Origin: Azolla caroliniana | Taxonomy: Eukaryota; Plantae; Polypodiophyta | Direction of reading: 5' to 3' | Assembly: GCA_043228905.1 (NCBI GenBank) | Contig: JBHGNT010000012.1 | Span: forward strand, 15,934,001 to 15,998,000 | DNA length: 64,000 nucleotides | Part shown: positions 60,137 through 64,000 of the stretch, piece after piece | How the letters are laid out: each line of letters begins with the position of its first letter | Position numbering within the stretch: position 1 is the stretch's first letter | Position numbers and translations under genes: made by a program | The notes under the pieces: model-generated | What the model was told of the DNA's origin: nothing | Seen by the model: the letters and a program-made list of their open reading frames with translations, nothing else | The model's database searches: none

Positions 60137-62330
60137 ATGTCGATCATCATCTCGGCCGCCTTGCGCAGGTGGCTCGTGGAAAAGGGGTTTGAGGGGTACA
60201 TCCGGGTAGCAGAAGCACGACCGCACCCCAATGCACTAGACATCGCCAAGAAGCTTAACATTGACACGGTGACGCATGCTAGTATCCGGAAGACGTTGTG
60301 TCTGTCTGCCACAGGCGAGAAGTACTTCCAAATTCCTCCATCTAACGAACTGGAGAGGAATTTTGGACAATATTTGACATCCGCCAAGGCATACAGAACA
60401 AAGAAAATCTCGAGTCCATTTTTTCGGGAGATTGCAAAGTTCCTGCTGGAAGTTGAATGCGTACATGTTAACGCCTACGGAATGCCAAAACAAAAGGTAG
60501 GCATTATCATCAACACATTCGAAGGTCACACAGTAGATTCGGGATTAATTACGGGACCAGCGCTGCGAAAGGGACTTTACACACATCAAGCTGGAAAAAG
60601 CTAAGGCCAATTATTCAACAGTACCTTACGATACTGTTTCCACCACTCCCCGCTCCGGCGACTAGCAGACCTATGCCCCCTCCACGATCTGCGAAATGGC
60701 GGCTAGCGGAATTGGCAACCTCAGAATGGGAAGAAGAACCATAGCCTTCCCACTTCGTCGTGGAACCAACGGAGATGGAGCAACCAGCAGAGACCGTTGA
60801 AGCACCGTCAACAATGGGTGAGCAGAACCCAGAACTCAACCACGGAAGCCCAAAGCCTAAGCCTCGTAGGCTAGATCAGAAAGATGGGCGTAGGCTGGTA
60901 AAAGATACAATTGCACCAATCGAAACTTTCCCCCCCACAGAGCCCACAACCACATTTGAGATAATCCATGAGCCACAGCCAATCATTACGGCTCAGTCTC
61001 CACATGGCAAAGAGTAAACAGCCCTAAGTTCATATAAGTATAAATATGACATAGGGCAATCACTTTATATGTGTATTGTAGCCATATTGTTGTATGTGCA
61101 TAACTATTGACAAAGAGAGAGAGAGTGTGTGTGTGTGAGATACATAATAGTTTCTGTTGTAACCGCCACTTGGCGAAGAAACAGAGCTCGAGGTCATTGC
61201 CTCCGAGTATCTGAAAGGCACCTCAAGTATGTGCCTCCGGTTCGGCTCTGGTAATCCCCAACTTGACGGATTCACCGATTCGGATATGTCGGCTGATGCG
61301 GATACCAGCTAGTCTACATTTGGATATGTCATGATTTATGTAGGGGGAGTAGTATCATGGCAGTCGAGGCTGTAGAAGACGGTTGTGTTGTCAACCACGG
61401 AGGCGGAGTACATGGCAGTTGTGGAAGCCGTCAAGGAGATAATTTGGATGAAGGACTTCATCGGAGAGCTAGGGATCCAACAACCAATAAGCGTAAAATC
61501 GAAAACGTCAATAAGACCCTAGACGAAACGCAACCCCATGCCCAAACGCTAATGGACAATGTACATGTCCTCCTTCAAACAAATCGTGAGCGGTTTACAA
61601 CGCAGTTGAAAGCAACGTTGGACAAAGCATGGGCAGTGTGGACTACGCAAGCAGCGAAATTGCACACCTACCGGGCAGACTTGGAGAACCGCCACAAAGA
61701 GGACAAAGGCTTCTACAAACTAAATGAGGAGAGCATTGCAGTGGTACAAGAGGACCTCGCACAGGATTATTAAACGCTTGCTAACCAGCACTCCGAAGAA
61801 CTCACGCAACTGTTAGAAGATTTCAGGGAAACTCAGGAAAACATCTTGAACCAGCTAATTGAGCTTGGCAGCAAGAGCCACAGGGTAGAAGCAATAACAG
61901 TACCATACAGCAACTCCGCCGAACAAAACGAGCCCCAGCCTAACCCAAATGACGCGCCTGAAGAAACAACTACACCAATCAACCCCGCGGACGATACGAG
62001 CAAAGAGGAGCAATGCCCGGACACCTGCCCACGCTAGGAAGAGCCATCGTCGGAGCCACAAGGAAATGTCTCGGACAGCGTACCAACCAAGCCCACCACA
62101 ACGAGGCTGCATGAAGAAGTAAACGCGGAGACCGATGCGCCAGCCAAGCTGAACAACGAAGCACCTACGGACATCACGCCATCTCCGGTGCATGGCAAAC
62201 GAACAGAGCCGCGTGATGAGGACAACACAGAAACAAACGCACTGGCCGAGTGTACCAACGAAGCACCTACAGACATCACATCGCCTCCAGTGCATGACGA
62301 GCGAACGGAGTCAAACATCCTCGACATTTT
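60137..62330 (+). pseudogene. Extra ORF downstream of pol in J, interrupted by a copia remnant
   Basis: MSIIISAALRRWL..GYIRVAEARPHPNALDI..LERNFGQY..IIQQYLTILFPP is homologous to I. Coiled-coil-like segment at 61484-61880. The end coordinate is approximate. Confidence 0.75.
61014..61483 (+). mobile_element. H-family copia remnant: internal LTR piece (61014-61204) fused to an RT-end/RNase H piece (61205-61483)
   Basis: AGTATAAATATGAC-TAGGGCAA and GCTCGAGGTC-TTGCCTC match the H LTR. YLKGTSSMCLRFGSG...STTEAEYMAVVEA..WMKDFIGELGI matches H at about 41247-41520. Confidence 0.85.
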
Positions 62331-63175
62331 GGGCGACGTGCCATGGCACTGTCCCACATGTGTGCCAAGTGTTGTCCACCGGAATTGCAACCATCGGAAA
62401 TAACGCATGGGGAATAGAGTATTATATTAGGAGCGTTAAAGTAACGCGTGTAATGGTTGTAAGCAAGGAGCGTAACCGATTAGAAGCCATGTATATATAA
62501 AGGGCGAGAGACCATTGTAAAGAGCTAGCGTATTATGAGAGTGCCATTTTAATATAGTTTATCTTCTCTGATCTTGGTGTCCTGTCTATTGGCCTATTGG
62601 TCTCTTGTTTCTGTGTCTCATTCTCTGTATAAGACTGTGTTGTAGTAAACACAAGGTAAGTACGCGTTGGGTGCTATGCCCTAGAGAGGTTAGGTTGTAG
62701 TAATCTTCCCCTGACACCCTACCGATCACGCACTACGCATCCCTATTCCCTTGCACCACGATCACCTTGTAAGCTACCCTGAAGGATTGAGGGTGGCCTA
62801 TGTTCCTAACCGGTAACAATTATTAGAGTAGAGTTTAGTTTTCCCCCGTTGTTAGTAGAAGCACTTTTCCAAGTGGTAGTTTTAATTCATCGGATACATC
62901 ATCAACCACCAAATACGATATCCCGTCAAGCTTTTGAGGCATCCTGATCCCTATATGCGTCCGAGGACTTTGCCTCTTGGTATAGTATTGTAGTGAGTTG
63001 GTTACTTGCAAATGGTATTGAAATTAATAACCTACCTCACCTTAAGTACAACCATGGGATTGATCAAACTTTAATCTCTAATGAAGACCATAATAAAGTA
63101 ATGCGCCAAGAAATATGGCAAATTTACACCCGATATAAATGGATCACCCCACCAGAGTCACTCCCAACTAAAATA

Positions 63176-63334
63176 TGATGGGATTCGTTCCCTTTCATTC
63201 ATGAGAAAGACCGACTATGTAATTGACAATGTCGTGGAAAGACAGAAACACAACAAATACACATTTTTATGTGGAAACCCTAAATGGGGAAAACCATGGG
63301 AGAAGAAGAGATTCCACTATACACAAGAGAATAT
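63176..63334 (-). mobile_element. U5 end of an H-like copia LTR inserted in the LINE
   Basis: Minus strand ends CCCATCA like the H LTR and carries CCATGGTTTTCCCCATTTAGGGTTTCCAC, similar to H CCGTGGTTTTTCCCTAGTTTGGGTTTTCCAC. Confidence 0.6.
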
Positions 63335-64000
63335 TGTTGGGTGTGTGAGGAAGAGTGAGAGACACACAAGAAGCACACACAAGAAGCACTAACACAAAGA
63401 AGGCAATGGCTGGAATAGCTCTCTCTATTGATGAATAATACAAACCTAGTAAGAGCTGAAATATATATCCCTAAGTACTAAGTACCACCACATATGAGTG
63501 ACTCATGTATGTGGTAACATGGGGAAAAAACCTCTAGCCAGCGCTAGAATAAAAAGTGCCCATGTATAGGTAAAATGGTTCACATCAAAGCTACTGGAGC
63601 AACACGTAAGTGTAACAAACCCCCCTGGAGCAAATGATGTGAACATGTACAAGGAGTGACAGATCAACCCCCACAAGGCAATAAGCCTAAAGCTTTGCGA
63701 AAAGCTTCAAACTTTTCTCATGGAAGAGCTTTGGTGAATATGTCTGGCACATTATCTTGTGTAGGCACATATACCAAATCAATATCTCCTGCATGAAGGT
63801 GCTCCCTCACATAGTGATAATGCACCTCAATATGTTTGGTCCATGCATGAAATACAGGATTTCATGCAACAACCAATGCATTCTGGCTAGCTGTGAGAAT
63901 ACGTGTAGCAACATCAATCTCCATGCAAAGATCCATCAAAAGCCGTCTTAGGCATATACACTCCACTGTAGCTATGAAAACTGCCCTGTACTCAGCTTCA
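63335..64000 (-). mobile_element. 3' end of another Ty1/copia (RNase H 63664-64000, PPT ~63620-63626, LTR 63335-63617)
   Basis: Minus strand reads NPVFHAWTKHIEVHYHYV...VPDIFTKALP...ALGLLPCGG-stop. A G-run precedes TGTTACA. The LTR left boundary is inferred from TGTTG at 63335. Confidence 0.8.

Larger units (their letters stand above)
45401..62818 (+). mobile_element. Complete but degenerate non-chromovirus Ty3/gypsy J (Athila-like organisation, extra 3' ORF), TSD ATTAT, with nested K, E2, M2 and a copia remnant
   Basis: LTRs 45401-45827 and 62370-62818 (TGTTG...TAACA). TSD ATTAT at 45396-45400 and 62819-62823. gag 46163, PR IVDGGSGVN, RT SPIVMVPKKNGKIRVCVDY/LDGFSGYNQV, RH FVDASNIAIG, IN EAHCG..GHY / CKQCDLCQR / WGLDFVGP / PQANGLAE. 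pol ends at about 59764. Confidence 0.93.
32317..63175 (+). mobile_element. Degenerate non-LTR retrotransposon (LINE, probably RTE-like) RT ORF in three pieces: 32317-33228, 45070-45400, 62819-63175
   Basis: EQAGF, CFVDFRKAFDTVPR, GVKQGCPLSP, LLYAEDIVLL, KTKVLIF / SYVYLGLTF / TVPHDII-RVEF. The last junction is restored in frame across the J TSD ATTAT. Confidence 0.85.

Noticed and set aside
62336-62367. A tRNA gene or SINE at the J 3' end
   Set aside because: Only a 3'-end-like 17-mer is present, with no cloverleaf or A/B boxes.

Overview
Gene-free, deeply nested retrotransposon landscape from a land-plant nuclear genome. TTTAGGG repeats and iMet primer-binding sites (PBSs) are seen directly; a non-seed plant host is my inference from the element types. 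No host gene, rRNA, tRNA gene or CRISPR array is supportable. Left half: a minus-strand non-chromovirus Ty3/gypsy element (I) is broken into five pieces by three related Ty1/copia insertions (B, C, D), a full-length gypsy (E) and a 1.9-kb solo LTR (F). B is in turn cut by copia A, which abuts the 5' end of another I/J-family gypsy. Right half: an RT/RNase H-less copia (G), then a LINE stretched over about 31 kb by a chromovirus-type gypsy (M1, carrying copia H) and a complete I-like gypsy (J, target-site duplication [TSD] ATTAT). J carries a solo LTR (K), an E-family remnant (E2), a second chromovirus copy with an inverted LTR end (M2) and a copia remnant. Most notable: (1) J has no polypurine tract (PPT); a tRNA-3'-end-like, PBS-complementary hairpin sits before its 3' LTR. 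(2) E, F, K and E2 form a lineage with a covarying U5 hairpin, 4-bp TSDs where both flanks survive and a tRNA-Trp-like PBS in E, and all four copies sit in the pol 3' half of I/J. (3) D is a young copia with an intact pol but no PBS or gag. (4) G lacks almost exactly RT-RH. (5) I and J share a conserved extra ORF. (6) Telomere repeats lie inside E gag. Coordinates were counted by eye and lineage names are unverified inferences.
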